The notes under the pieces were generated by a model. It was not told where the DNA came from and made no database searches. It saw only the letters and a program-made list of their open reading frames with translations. The translations under genes were made by a program, and so were the position numbers. Of a DNA stretch of 35,838 nt, positions 1-8,711 are shown piece after piece (position 1 is the first letter of the stretch; each line of letters opens with the position of its first letter). Source of the DNA: an uncultured Jatrophihabitantaceae bacterium (GTDB lineage: Bacteria; Actinomycetota; Actinomycetes; Mycobacteriales; Jatrophihabitantaceae); contig CAXTNQ010000009.1 of assembly GCA_964245745.1 (NCBI GenBank), forward strand, positions 1 through 35,838, written 5' to 3'.

Positions 1-825
1 GACGGCTGGAACGCGAACAACCTGAAGGAGAAGGCGGCCGGCGCGCCGGCCGCGTCCGGCGCGCCCTTCGGGTGGCCGGGCACTGCTACGTCGACCCAGT
101 ACGTGGTCTATCCCGCCGTCGGTCACGTCGTGCTGCTGTCCCGCGCGCGCGGCGGCGACTGGCGGCCGGCCCGGGACCTGACCGCCGAGTACAACCTGCC
201 GCTGTGCGTCGACGAGCCGGTCGGCTACGAACTGGGCACCGACGGGACGCAGCACATCGTGTTCACGACCGGCGACGGGTTCGTCTTCGAGCTGTGGAAC
301 CGGGGCGGCGACACGTGGGGCGTCGGCAACCTGACCATGGCCGCCGGCGCACCGACCGAGCGCACCGACCGACCCGCCGACGGGCGCCTCGTCGGTTTCG
401 GGTTCACCGGTGGCGCGTCGCAACACGTGGCCTACCGCAGCCTCGACGACACCATCCACCAGCTGCGGTGGGACGCGACCGACGGATGGCGACACCACAA
501 CGTCACCGCAGAAACGGCCGGCATCTCAGTGCCGAGGTCGGGCCTGTCCGGCTACGCGTTCGAGCCGCACCAACCCGACCAGCCGCGCGGCACGACGCAC
601 CTCATGTACAGCGGCGTCAGCGGGCAGATCCACGAGTTGTGGTCCTGGGACGGCCTGACGTGGTCGCCGACGACGATCGCCGCCGCCGATCCCACACACT
701 TCCCAGCGGGCACACCGGCCGCCTGCGTGGACGTCGCGAACTCGACGCAGAACGTCTACTTCCCTACGACGACGGGCCACGTGGTGCAGGTCCACTGGAG
801 CGTCGGCACGGTGCGCCGGCGTTAG
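1..825 (+). CDS. 5'-truncated repeat protein, beta-propeller lectin-like (blade repeats)
   Basis: Frame 1 is open from base 1 to TAG 823-825. The first listed start (GTG 103) is internal. About 5 blades of 45-50 aa recur, with the pattern W..N(L/V)T..AG.P...G..G ... Q(H/Y).V(Y/F)....G.(I/V).(E/Q)LW (e.g. FVFELWNRGGDTWGVGNLT, TIHQLRWDATDGWRHHNVT, QIHELWSWDGLTW). Confidence 0.55.
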   Translation, partial: DGWNANNLKEKAAGAPAASGAPFGWPGTATSTQYVVYPAVGHVVLLSRARGGDWRPARDLTAEYNLPLCVDEPVGYELGTDGTQHIVFTTGDGFVFELWNRGGDTWGVGNLTMAAGAPTERTDRPADGRLVGFGFTGGASQHVAYRSLDDTIHQLRWDATDGWRHHNVTAETAGISVPRSGLSGYAFEPHQPDQPRGTTHLMYSGVSGQIHELWSWDGLTWSPTTIAAADPTHFPAGTPAACVDVANSTQNVYFPTTTGHVVQVHWSVGTVRRR

Positions 826-834
826 GCGGGCGGT

Positions 835-2265
835 CTAACTCTCACGTACGACCTCGTCCGGTGCCTTGTCCGGTCGCAGGCCACGCCAGGACGGATGCCG
901 CAGGCGTTGGTCGCTCGTCCACTCCGAGAAGCGGACCTCTCCGACGAGCTTCGGGCTCACCCACTCGGCGTCACGGGCGTCGGCCCGCGGCACCTCCGGC
1001 CGGAACGGGGACGTCTTGCGGGCCAGCCGATGCAGTCGACGGCCGAGATCGTCCAGGGCATCCTGGGTGAAGCCGGTGCCGACCTGGCCGATGTAGCGCA
1101 GGCCGTCCGGACCGGGCAGGCCGAGCAGCAACGCGCCGATCCCTCCCGCCCGGCGGCCCTTGCCCGGCGACCATCCGCCGACCACGACCTCCTGGGTGCG
1201 GACGTTCTTGATCTTGATCCAGTCCGGGGAGCGCCGTCCGGCCAGGTAGGGAGAGGTCTGGCGCTTGGCGACCACGCCCTCGAGCTGCTGCTCCTGGCTG
1301 GCCGCGACCGCGTCGGCACCGCGACCGGCGAACGCGGGCGGCGTCTGCCAGGACGGGCCCTGTAGGTCGAGGCCTTCGAGGATCGCGCGGCGCTCCCGGT
1401 AGGGCAGGCTCAGCAACGACCGGCCGTCGAGGTGGAGTACGTCGAACAGCAGCAACACGGCGGGATCTGACGCAGCCAGTGACCGGGCCGACGCCGCCGA
1501 GGCGACGTGCATGCGCTGCTGCAGCTGGCCGAAGCTGGGCCGGCCGTGGGCGTCGAAGGTGACGATCTCGCCGTCCAGGACAGCCTGCGCCGAACCCATC
1601 GCCTCGCCGAGTGCGCGCAGCTCGGGGTAGCTGACCGTCACGTCGCGGTCGTTGCGCGATCGGACGGTGACCCGTCCGCCGTCCACGAAAACGATCGCTC
1701 GCACGCCGTCCCACTTCATCTCGAACGCCCAGTCCCGGTCCTCCGCTGGCAGCGTGCCCAGGGTGGCCAGCATGGGGCTGAGGTGTTGCGGCAGCGGTTG
1801 CCAGTCGGGGCGGGCCGGCGCGTCCATGCGGTGCATCATCCAGTTCTTACCGCCGGTCTGGAACAGCACGAATCGGCCTTGCACACGTTGCCCGGCCAGC
1901 ACGACCTTGACCTCACGATCGGTCCACTTCTCGGTCTGGTACGTACCCGCATCCCAGATCGTCACCCGGCCCGCGCCGTATTCGCCTTCGCCGATGGAAC
2001 CTTCGTAGCTGCCGTACTCGAGCGGATGGTCCTCGACGTGGACGGCCAGCCGGTTCACCTTCGGGTCGGTCGGCACGCCCTTGGGCACCGCCCAGGACAC
2101 GAGCACGCCGTCGCGCTCGAGGCGGAAATCCCAATGCAGGGCGCGTGCGTGGTGCTCCTGGATCACGAATGAGTTGCCGGTTCCGGGCGTCGGGTCGCTT
2201 TCGGGGACCGGCTCCGACGTCCGCTGGGGATTCCGCTTGCGCCGGTACTCCTGCAGGGACGCCAT
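835..2265 (-). CDS. ligD: ATP-dependent DNA ligase LigD: 3'-phosphoesterase domain plus ligase domain, no polymerase domain
   Basis: ATG at 2265, TAG at 835. The N-terminus carries the LigD phosphoesterase signature FVIQEHHARALHWDFRLE. The central adenylation motif is FEMKWDGVRA (KxDG). No primase-polymerase module is present. Confidence 0.85.
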   Translation of the reverse strand: MASLQEYRRKRNPQRTSEPVPESDPTPGTGNSFVIQEHHARALHWDFRLERDGVLVSWAVPKGVPTDPKVNRLAVHVEDHPLEYGSYEGSIGEGEYGAGRVTIWDAGTYQTEKWTDREVKVVLAGQRVQGRFVLFQTGGKNWMMHRMDAPARPDWQPLPQHLSPMLATLGTLPAEDRDWAFEMKWDGVRAIVFVDGGRVTVRSRNDRDVTVSYPELRALGEAMGSAQAVLDGEIVTFDAHGRPSFGQLQQRMHVASAASARSLAASDPAVLLLFDVLHLDGRSLLSLPYRERRAILEGLDLQGPSWQTPPAFAGRGADAVAASQEQQLEGVVAKRQTSPYLAGRRSPDWIKIKNVRTQEVVVGGWSPGKGRRAGGIGALLLGLPGPDGLRYIGQVGTGFTQDALDDLGRRLHRLARKTSPFRPEVPRADARDAEWVSPKLVGEVRFSEWTSDQRLRHPSWRGLRPDKAPDEVVRES

Positions 2266-2267
2266 GA

Positions 2268-3566
2268 TCAGGCGGCCTGCGGGGACGGTGTGACCACTGG
2301 CAGCTGCGCCCAGCCGCGCAACACGCGCGTCGGTCGCCGGACACCCGGTCCGGCTGCGCGCAGCTCGGGGAAGCGGGTGAACAGGCTGCGCAGGCCGACT
2401 TCGCCCTCGACGCGGGCCAGCGCCGCCCCGAGGCAGTAGTGCCGGCCGCCGGAGAAGGCCAGATGCCGGTTGGCGTTGGGCCGCAGCACGTCGAAGGTCT
2501 GCGGATCGGCGAAGATCGCGGGATCACGGTTGGCGCCGGCCAGGACGAGCGACACGACACGGCCCGCCCCGACGTGCTGGTCGGCGAGTTCGACCGACCG
2601 CCGGGCGACCCGAGCCGTGGCGCGGACGGGCGACTCCAGCCGCAGAACCTCGTCGACAGCATTGGCCCACTGGTCGGGACGATCCTGCAGCACCGCGAGC
2701 TGATCGGGATGGTCGAGCAGCAGCCGCACGCCGTTGCCCAGCAGGTTGACCGTCGTCTCGAAGCCGGCGACCAACACGAGCCCGGCGGTGGCCCGCAACT
2801 CCTGGTCGTCGAGGGCGTGCCCGTCGGCCGAGGCGCGGACCAGCTGGCTCATCAGGTCCGTCCCGGGACGACGTCGCAGCTCGGCCAGATGAGCCGACAG
2901 CCAGCGGTCGAACCGGCGCAGTCCCCGCTCGACGCTGGCGTAGTCACGCCGGGACAACCCGAAGTCCAGGCTGGGCGCGGCCAGCTCGCCGTACTCAAGC
3001 ACCCGCGAGCGGTCGGCGGCCGGCACCCCGAGGATGTCGCTGATCACCGCCACGGGCAGCCGCGCGCAGTACCGGTCGACGATGTCGACGGGCCCGGCGG
3101 TGGCGGCGATTTCGTCGAGCAGCGCGTCGGCGATCGTCTGCACCCGGTCGCGCAGCCCCGCGACCGCTCGCGCGGTGAACACCGACGCCACGAGGACGCG
3201 GTAGCGCGTGTGGTCGGGCGGCTCGACAGCGAGCAGCGACGGCGCCTGCAGAGGGTGCAGGGCGTCGCCGCGGGTCGCGCGTTCGAGCCAGGCCAGTCCC
3301 GGGGGGACGCTTTCCGCGACGGACGTGACCCGGAACTCGTCCGACCGCAGGACCAGGTTGGCGATCTCGTAGTCGACGGTGATGTAGCCGATACGGGTCT
3401 TGGGCAACCGGCCGGCCGCGCGGATGCGGTCGAACGCCGGCCCCGGGTCGTCCTGGATCCGAGGATCGGCGATCAAGGTCGCCTGCAGGTCGCCCTGGGC
3501 GGCCCAGCGTCGGAAAGCGATCGCCGGCACGCCGTGCAGCGCTGCCCAGCGCAGCGAGGTCCGCAT
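2268..3566 (-). CDS. cytochrome P450
   Basis: Heme-thiolate loop FSGGRHYCLGAALAR, I-helix AGFETT, ExxR (EVLR). Its stop (TGA 2268-2270) lies 2 nt upstream of the ligD ATG. Confidence 0.9.
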   Translation of the reverse strand: MRTSLRWAALHGVPAIAFRRWAAQGDLQATLIADPRIQDDPGPAFDRIRAAGRLPKTRIGYITVDYEIANLVLRSDEFRVTSVAESVPPGLAWLERATRGDALHPLQAPSLLAVEPPDHTRYRVLVASVFTARAVAGLRDRVQTIADALLDEIAATAGPVDIVDRYCARLPVAVISDILGVPAADRSRVLEYGELAAPSLDFGLSRRDYASVERGLRRFDRWLSAHLAELRRRPGTDLMSQLVRASADGHALDDQELRATAGLVLVAGFETTVNLLGNGVRLLLDHPDQLAVLQDRPDQWANAVDEVLRLESPVRATARVARRSVELADQHVGAGRVVSLVLAGANRDPAIFADPQTFDVLRPNANRHLAFSGGRHYCLGAALARVEGEVGLRSLFTRFPELRAAGPGVRRPTRVLRGWAQLPVVTPSPQAA

Positions 3567-3610
3567 GCGATCTACGGTAGGGCTATCAGCGCGTCCGTGA
3601 AGGAGCGATC

Positions 3611-4036
3611 ATGCCCAAGAAGGTGCCCAGCAAGAACCTGCCCTCGACGCTGAAACGCTCGCCGGCCAAGGCGCAGCGGACGTACGAGGAGACCCTCGAG
3701 TCCGCCGAGAAGGAGTACGGCGACGGCGAGCGGGCGCACCGCACCGCGTTCGCGTCGCTCAAGCACAGCTTCGAGAAGGTGGGCGACCACTGGGAGCCGA
3801 AGGAGGGCGGACGCAAGGGACCGTCGGACGCGCAGGCCGCGAGGGAAGGCTCCGCGGCCCGGCGGGGTGGCCAGACAGCCGGCGGCGTCGACGCTAACGC
3901 CAGTAAGCAGCACCTCATGGAACGCGCCCGTGAGTTGGGCGTCTCCGGTCGCTCGTCGATGACCAAGCCGCAGCTGGTCGAAGCGCTGCAGAAGGCCAAC
4001 AACCGCGAGACGGCGCGGGCCCGCAAGCGCCAGTAG
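3611..4036 (+). CDS. ChaB-like domain protein with C-terminal Rho-N/SAP-like helix-extended-helix
   Basis: ATG preceded by GAAGGAG. The N-terminus LPSTLKRSPAKAQRTYEETLESAEKEYGDGERAHRTAFASLKHSFEK is ChaB-like. The C-terminus SKQHLMERARELGVSGRSSMTKPQLVEALQKA resembles the Rho N-terminal domain. Confidence 0.6.
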   Translation: MPKKVPSKNLPSTLKRSPAKAQRTYEETLESAEKEYGDGERAHRTAFASLKHSFEKVGDHWEPKEGGRKGPSDAQAAREGSAARRGGQTAGGVDANASKQHLMERARELGVSGRSSMTKPQLVEALQKANNRETARARKRQ

Positions 4037-4057
4037 CCTGCTTCACCCCGTGCGGGT

Positions 4058-5077
4058 CTATGGCTCCTCGCCGCGGGGGTAGAGCAACGGCCCGCTCGCT
4101 CCGCGGCCTTCGTGTATGGCCTGCACGAACTGGACGAGCGTGGCGTCGGCCGCGTGCGTCGGTTGCCAATCGAGTTCGCTGCGTGCGCGGTCGGTCTTCA
4201 TCAGCGGTACCGAGGCGGCGAGGTCGATCCAGCCGGCGTCGGTCGGCTGCACATGCGCCTTGAAACTGACGTCCGCAGCGACGCGAAGGGCCCGGATCGG
4301 CACCGCGGGGCCGATGCCGCCGACGGCCTCGCGCAGGGCGTCGCGGTCGATCACCGGGTCGCCCGCCAGGTTGAACGCACCCGCCGCCCGGCGCTCGACG
4401 ATGCGCGCAATGGCGTCCGCCACGTCGTCGGCATGCACGAACTGCACGCGCAGGCCACTCGGCCACGGCGTCCACCGGAGCAGCGACGGCTTCAGCAATG
4501 CCGTCGGGCCGGCGTGCCCCAGGAAGTAACGGGAGATCTCACTCGCCGCGTCCGGTTGCAGGACGAGCGCCGGACGGACGCGGGCGGTGATCGGAAAGCC
4601 TTCCCGAGACTCGGCGGCGTCGAGCATCGCCTCTGCGGCAGCCTTATCGACGCTGTACGAGGACGAGGGGACGCCCGTGGCGGGCCACGTCTCATCGACC
4701 CACGGGTGGCCGGGCGCCGCCGCGTACGCGCCGACCGACGAGGTGTGTACGAGCTGACCGATGCCCGCGGCCTGGGCCGCGGCAATGACGGCCCGGGTGC
4801 CGCCTTGGTTCGTCCGCCTCAGCAGTTCGCGGTCACGACCCGGCTGGATGAGCCAGGCCAGGTGCACCACGGCGTCGGCGCCGGCGAAGACACTCGTCAG
4901 CCGCTCGGTCGCGTCCAGTGCTCCCACATCGAGCGACACCCATTCGACGCCCGCGTACGCGTCGACGTCGGGCGGCGTACGGCGCGCGATGCCGATCAGG
5001 CTGGCGTCGGTGCCGGCCAACCGGCGCAACAGCGCCGTGCCGACGTTGCCTGAAGCGCCGGTCACCACAATTCGCAT
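4058..5077 (-). CDS. NAD-dependent epimerase/dehydratase family protein
   Basis: Rossmann motif MRIVVTGASGNVGTALLRRL at the ATG 5077 start. The longer ORF to 5113 begins with TTG and adds 12 non-conserved residues. YSVDK is a YxxxK-type active-site motif. Confidence 0.8.
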   Translation of the reverse strand: MRIVVTGASGNVGTALLRRLAGTDASLIGIARRTPPDVDAYAGVEWVSLDVGALDATERLTSVFAGADAVVHLAWLIQPGRDRELLRRTNQGGTRAVIAAAQAAGIGQLVHTSSVGAYAAAPGHPWVDETWPATGVPSSSYSVDKAAAEAMLDAAESREGFPITARVRPALVLQPDAASEISRYFLGHAGPTALLKPSLLRWTPWPSGLRVQFVHADDVADAIARIVERRAAGAFNLAGDPVIDRDALREAVGGIGPAVPIRALRVAADVSFKAHVQPTDAGWIDLAASVPLMKTDRARSELDWQPTHAADATLVQFVQAIHEGRGASGPLLYPRGEEP

Positions 5078-5242
5078 CTCGCGACCATAGGCAGGTTGTC
5101 GGGTCGCCCGCAAAGTGCACAGAGCCCCCGATCTCGGACACTGGCGCTCGGGCGGTTTGTCAACGTACGGTCATAATGCGACGTCTGCCGAGTCCAAACA
5201 GGTGGCTACGGAGGGCGCTCGGTCCCGCGAAAGGGATTCCCC

Positions 5243-5932
5243 ATGCACCGTCTGATTTCCCTGACGACGCGCGCCGGCATCGTGGCTGGCGTTGTGACTG
5301 CTTCGGCCACCTTTGGAGTGGCCTCCGCCCACGCTGCGGCGAGCGGCCAGGACAGCACCTTCGTCACCGGCAACGAGCAAACCAACCTCGCCGAGATCAC
5401 AATCGGCCAGCTGGCCCTGCAGCGTAGCTCGAACACCGCAGTGCGCCAGCTCGCGACGATGACGATCAGTGATCACCAGGCCGCCCAGGCCAAGCTCAAG
5501 CCGGTGGCGCAGGCGCTCACCCTCACCCTCCCCACCGTCCCGAGCGCCATGCAGCAACAGCAGGCGGCCCAGTTGCAGGCGGCTTCGGCCGCGCAGTTCG
5601 ACACTCTGTACTCGCAGATCCAGGTGGCCGGTCACCAAACGGCGATCGCCGACACAAACACTGAGATCTCCGGCGGAGGCGACCCGTCCGTCGTCACGTA
5701 CGCCAAGGGCTACCTGCCGGTGGCCACCATGCATCTGCAGATGGCGCAGGACGCTCTGAGCCAGCTGACCGGCACACCGAACGGCGTACCGGCGGGCAAC
5801 GGCGGCCAGGCCGCCGAGGTCGGTACCGGGACGCCGGCCTGGGCAATCGCGACCACCGTCGGCGGAACCGCCGCCGCGATCGTCGGCCTACTGGTGTTCG
5901 GCCGGATGCGCCTGCGCCGTTCCAGCCGCTAG
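5243..5932 (+). CDS. secreted DUF4142-like protein with C-terminal membrane anchor
   Basis: ATG preceded by AAGGGA. Signal-like N-terminus (LTTRAGIVAGVVTASATFGVASAHA). DSTFVTGNEQTNLAEITIGQLALQRS and ISDHQAA resemble DUF4142. C-terminal TM helix plus RMRLRRSSR tail. Confidence 0.65.
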   Translation: MHRLISLTTRAGIVAGVVTASATFGVASAHAAASGQDSTFVTGNEQTNLAEITIGQLALQRSSNTAVRQLATMTISDHQAAQAKLKPVAQALTLTLPTVPSAMQQQQAAQLQAASAAQFDTLYSQIQVAGHQTAIADTNTEISGGGDPSVVTYAKGYLPVATMHLQMAQDALSQLTGTPNGVPAGNGGQAAEVGTGTPAWAIATTVGGTAAAIVGLLVFGRMRLRRSSR

Positions 5933-5962
5933 TCCCTGTCTCGCCCGCGAGCGCGAGTTGGG

Positions 5963-5999
5963 CGCCTCGAGCGGACCGGTTTACCGCACGGTCGAGGCG
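5963..5999. terminator. hairpin between convergent genes (candidate bidirectional terminator)
   Basis: CGCCTCGA (5963-5970) pairs with TCGAGGCG (5992-5999), with an inner GCGG/CCGC stem. The right arm overlaps the last codons of the minus-strand gene. No U-tract. Confidence 0.3.
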
Positions 6000-7135
6000 T
6001 CGGCGTACCGCAGCCGAGCGGCGATACCGCCGTCGACGTAACGGTGGGCGTCCGGCGTGATCAACACGTCGGCCCCACCGCCGATGACGGCGCGCACGAG
6101 CGCGGCATCGAGCCGGTCCTCCTGCGGCTCGTCCACGCCCATCTCGTGCAGCTCCTCGGCCGTCGCGCCGAACACCAACGGGTCAGGTCCGATCCATGCC
6201 TTCAGCGTCGACGAGGGGTCGTCGGAGACGATCAGCGTTTCGACCTGCGCTCGGCGTAGCGCGTCGATCACTGCGGGGACCCCGGCCACGGCGTAATCGC
6301 CGCGTCCGAAGCCTTCCTGCAGTTTGGCCAGGACATCGCGCCGCTCGCGCCAGACGCGGTGCAGCAGCGCGTCGTGGACCGCGGCGTCCAACGCCTCCTG
6401 CTCGGCGGCAGACTGTTGCCCGCGCGCGCCGGCGTCGATCTCGACAACGTCGACGTTGGGGTTGACGACGTTGGGGACGTCCTGCGCCACGAGCGTTCGC
6501 GCCCGTTCGTCACCACCCACCAGGACGAGCCGGGCCGCCGCCTGCCCCACGTGGTCCGCGACCCGTTCGGCGATCTCGCGGGCGTTCGCTGCCTCGGTGT
6601 TGTCCACCTTGTTCTGGAAGTGCCACGCTGAGCGGTCGGCGTCCCGCGCCATGTGCACCGGCCAGGTGACCGAGCCCTTGACCACATCGTGCTGGCCCTG
6701 CTCGCCTTCGGTGGCGACCTGCGCCGTCGTGCTCCAGACGTCGGCGCCTTCCCGGTCGGCCACGACGAGGACGTAGGCGATCGCGGGGCCCCGCTGGGCG
6801 AGGTAGGGCATCAGGTGTGGCAAGGGTGCCCATCTCGTCCCGGGACGCGCCGGTGGCTGCGGCAGGACGGCGTCGAACCGGACCTCGCCGGCCGCCGCCA
6901 CAACGACCTGCCCGGGTGGCCCGGTGGCGTCGCGGTGCTGGCCGACGACCGCCGCGATGGCGTCGAGCGTGGCCTCGTCGGCGCCGGCCTGCGCGAGTTC
7001 CTCGCGGTGAGCTCGCCAGCGCAAGTCGACCTCGCGATCGCCCTCCTCGGTCGAACGGGTGGCGTCGAGGTACATCGTGGCGTACGGGCCGGCGGTCGCG
7101 TAGATCTCGGCGGGTAACAGGGTCATGCTTGGCAC
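5981..7135 (-). CDS. bacterial eRF1/Pelota/Vms1-like (baeRF) family protein
   Basis: 384-aa ORF with GTG at 7135 and an alternative ATG at 7126. The C-terminal block DYAVAGVPAVIDALRRAQVETLIVSDD resembles eRF1 domain 3. The N-terminus (ATMYLD.....DLRWR) resembles actinobacterial release-factor-like proteins. Assignment is by eye only. Confidence 0.5.
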   Translation of the reverse strand: MPSMTLLPAEIYATAGPYATMYLDATRSTEEGDREVDLRWRAHREELAQAGADEATLDAIAAVVGQHRDATGPPGQVVVAAAGEVRFDAVLPQPPARPGTRWAPLPHLMPYLAQRGPAIAYVLVVADREGADVWSTTAQVATEGEQGQHDVVKGSVTWPVHMARDADRSAWHFQNKVDNTEAANAREIAERVADHVGQAAARLVLVGGDERARTLVAQDVPNVVNPNVDVVEIDAGARGQQSAAEQEALDAAVHDALLHRVWRERRDVLAKLQEGFGRGDYAVAGVPAVIDALRRAQVETLIVSDDPSSTLKAWIGPDPLVFGATAEELHEMGVDEPQEDRLDAALVRAVIGGGADVLITPDAHRYVDGGIAARLRYADASTVR

Positions 7136-7529
7136 CCTACTGACGCGCTCAGCCGTCGCCGCGGCTCATTTCGCGCAGCGCCGCATCGTCGCTGGGCTGG
7201 GCGTCCGGCGTGCGCAACGGCCGCCACACCCATACCGCGAACAGGCCGCGAGCACGACCATGCCGACACCGGTTCAGATGTTGATGTGCACGCCCGACGG
7301 AAAAAGTCGTTGCTCGTCCGGACCGCACGTCGGGCCAGTAACCCGATGACGTGCACGACCACGAAGTAGCCGATCAGCAAGGTGTCGTCGAGCGGCGTCG
7401 ACCTGCAGGCGAAGTCCGGCGGCGAGAGGCACGCGTCACGCTCGCGAGCACAATCCCGAAGCTTGATCGGCTTCGCACGCTATGCGCGGACGGCGCTCCT
7501 GGCGAGAGTCACTTGTGGGGGTTGTCGCC

Positions 7530-8582
7530 TCACGGTGCGGTCGGCGGCAAGCGCAGCTCGCGTAGGTCTTCAGGCACCGGCCCCTCCGGTCGGTAGACCA
7601 ACGGAGCGCCGTCGTCGTCGGCGGCCGCCGCCGGAGCGTCCGCGAGGGAGAACCGGTCGCGCAGCCGCTCGTAGAAGTCGGTGTCGTCGACGCGCACGAT
7701 CTTGATCCGCCGGGCAGCCGGGTACACGCCCAACCAGTCACCCGGGTCGAGGACTCCGCGCAGCTGGCCGTCGACGCTCACCGCCACCTGGCCCGACCGC
7801 TGTAGGACCCGGATCGCCACCACCTCGTGCGGCGACAGCACGATGCTGCGGTCGAAGACCATGTGCGGCGCCACGGGCGTGAACACCACCGCGTCCAGGT
7901 ACGGCGAGAGCACCGGGCCACCTGCCGCGAAGCTGTACGCGGTAGACCCAGTGGGCGAGGCGACGATCACCGCGTCCGCAGAGTAGGAAGCGAACAGGCG
8001 GCCAGCCAGATAGATGCCGAGGCTGGCCTGCCGATCCCGCGCCAGCTTCTCGAAGACCACATCGTTGACGGCCATCACGTCGAGGGCCACTCCCCAGCCC
8101 ACCGCGGCCACCGAGCCGTCGCGCGCTTCGGGCGGCGGCAAGGCGGGCCCACGTCCGAAGCGGAGCAGCGTGTCCAGCCCGCGCGGAATGCTGAGCGGGC
8201 GCGACGCCCGCATCGTGAGGGCCAGCCGGCTCTCGATGCGGGCCGTACCGGCGGCGAAACGGTCGAGCGCCGCGGCGACCCCGGACGGGTCGACGTCGGT
8301 GAGGAAGCCGACGCGACCGGCGTTCACGCCCAGCACCGGACAGCCGGCGGCGATCGCGATGCGGGCCCCGCGCAGGAACGTCCCGTCGCCGCCGATGGTG
8401 ACCACCAGATCGAGCGGCCCCGCGTGCAACACCTCGTCCTTGCTGTGGCGACGCGGCTGCTCGTTCCACACGTCCATCTCGACGCCGACGGTGCCGTGAT
8501 CCGCGCACCACGCCTGCACGGTTGCTGCGGCGGCTCGAGCGGCGGGACGACCCTGATGGATCACCAGCCCGATGCGTCGCAC
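7530..8582 (-). CDS. nadK: NAD kinase
   Basis: GTG start at 8582. GGDGTFL motif, NDVV and TGSTAYSFAAGGP motifs. About 45 aa Pro/Asp-rich C-terminal extension. Confidence 0.85.
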   Translation of the reverse strand: MRRIGLVIHQGRPAARAAAATVQAWCADHGTVGVEMDVWNEQPRRHSKDEVLHAGPLDLVVTIGGDGTFLRGARIAIAAGCPVLGVNAGRVGFLTDVDPSGVAAALDRFAAGTARIESRLALTMRASRPLSIPRGLDTLLRFGRGPALPPPEARDGSVAAVGWGVALDVMAVNDVVFEKLARDRQASLGIYLAGRLFASYSADAVIVASPTGSTAYSFAAGGPVLSPYLDAVVFTPVAPHMVFDRSIVLSPHEVVAIRVLQRSGQVAVSVDGQLRGVLDPGDWLGVYPAARRIKIVRVDDTDFYERLRDRFSLADAPAAAADDDGAPLVYRPEGPVPEDLRELRLPPTAP

Positions 8583-8659
8583 ACCGTCGATCCCACCATC
8601 TCGCCGGATGCCTCGCCAACCTGCGCCCGGCGGCCCGGGTCATCGCCACCCCCGCGCAC

Positions 8660-8689
8660 GGTGACCCGACCGCCACGGACGCTGTCACC
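8660..8689 (-). terminator. hairpin downstream of the SDR gene (weak terminator candidate)
   Basis: GGTGAC (8660-8665) and GTCACC (8684-8689) with inner CCG/CGG pairing. Located 23 nt past the operon's last stop codon. Confidence 0.25.
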
Positions 8690-8711
8690 TCTCGCGCGGC
8701 AGCGCCTCCGG

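Noticed and set aside
7123-7380. Small membrane-protein gene in the 394-bp gap. The ORF starts LLIGYFVVVHVIGLLA, and a plausible tail ...LFAVWVWRPLRTPDAQPSDDAALREMSRGDG sits in another frame.
   Set aside because: Hydrophobic and plausible segments are split over three frames with stops between them. It has a TTG start and no RBS. At best it is a decayed remnant and is not supportable as a gene.
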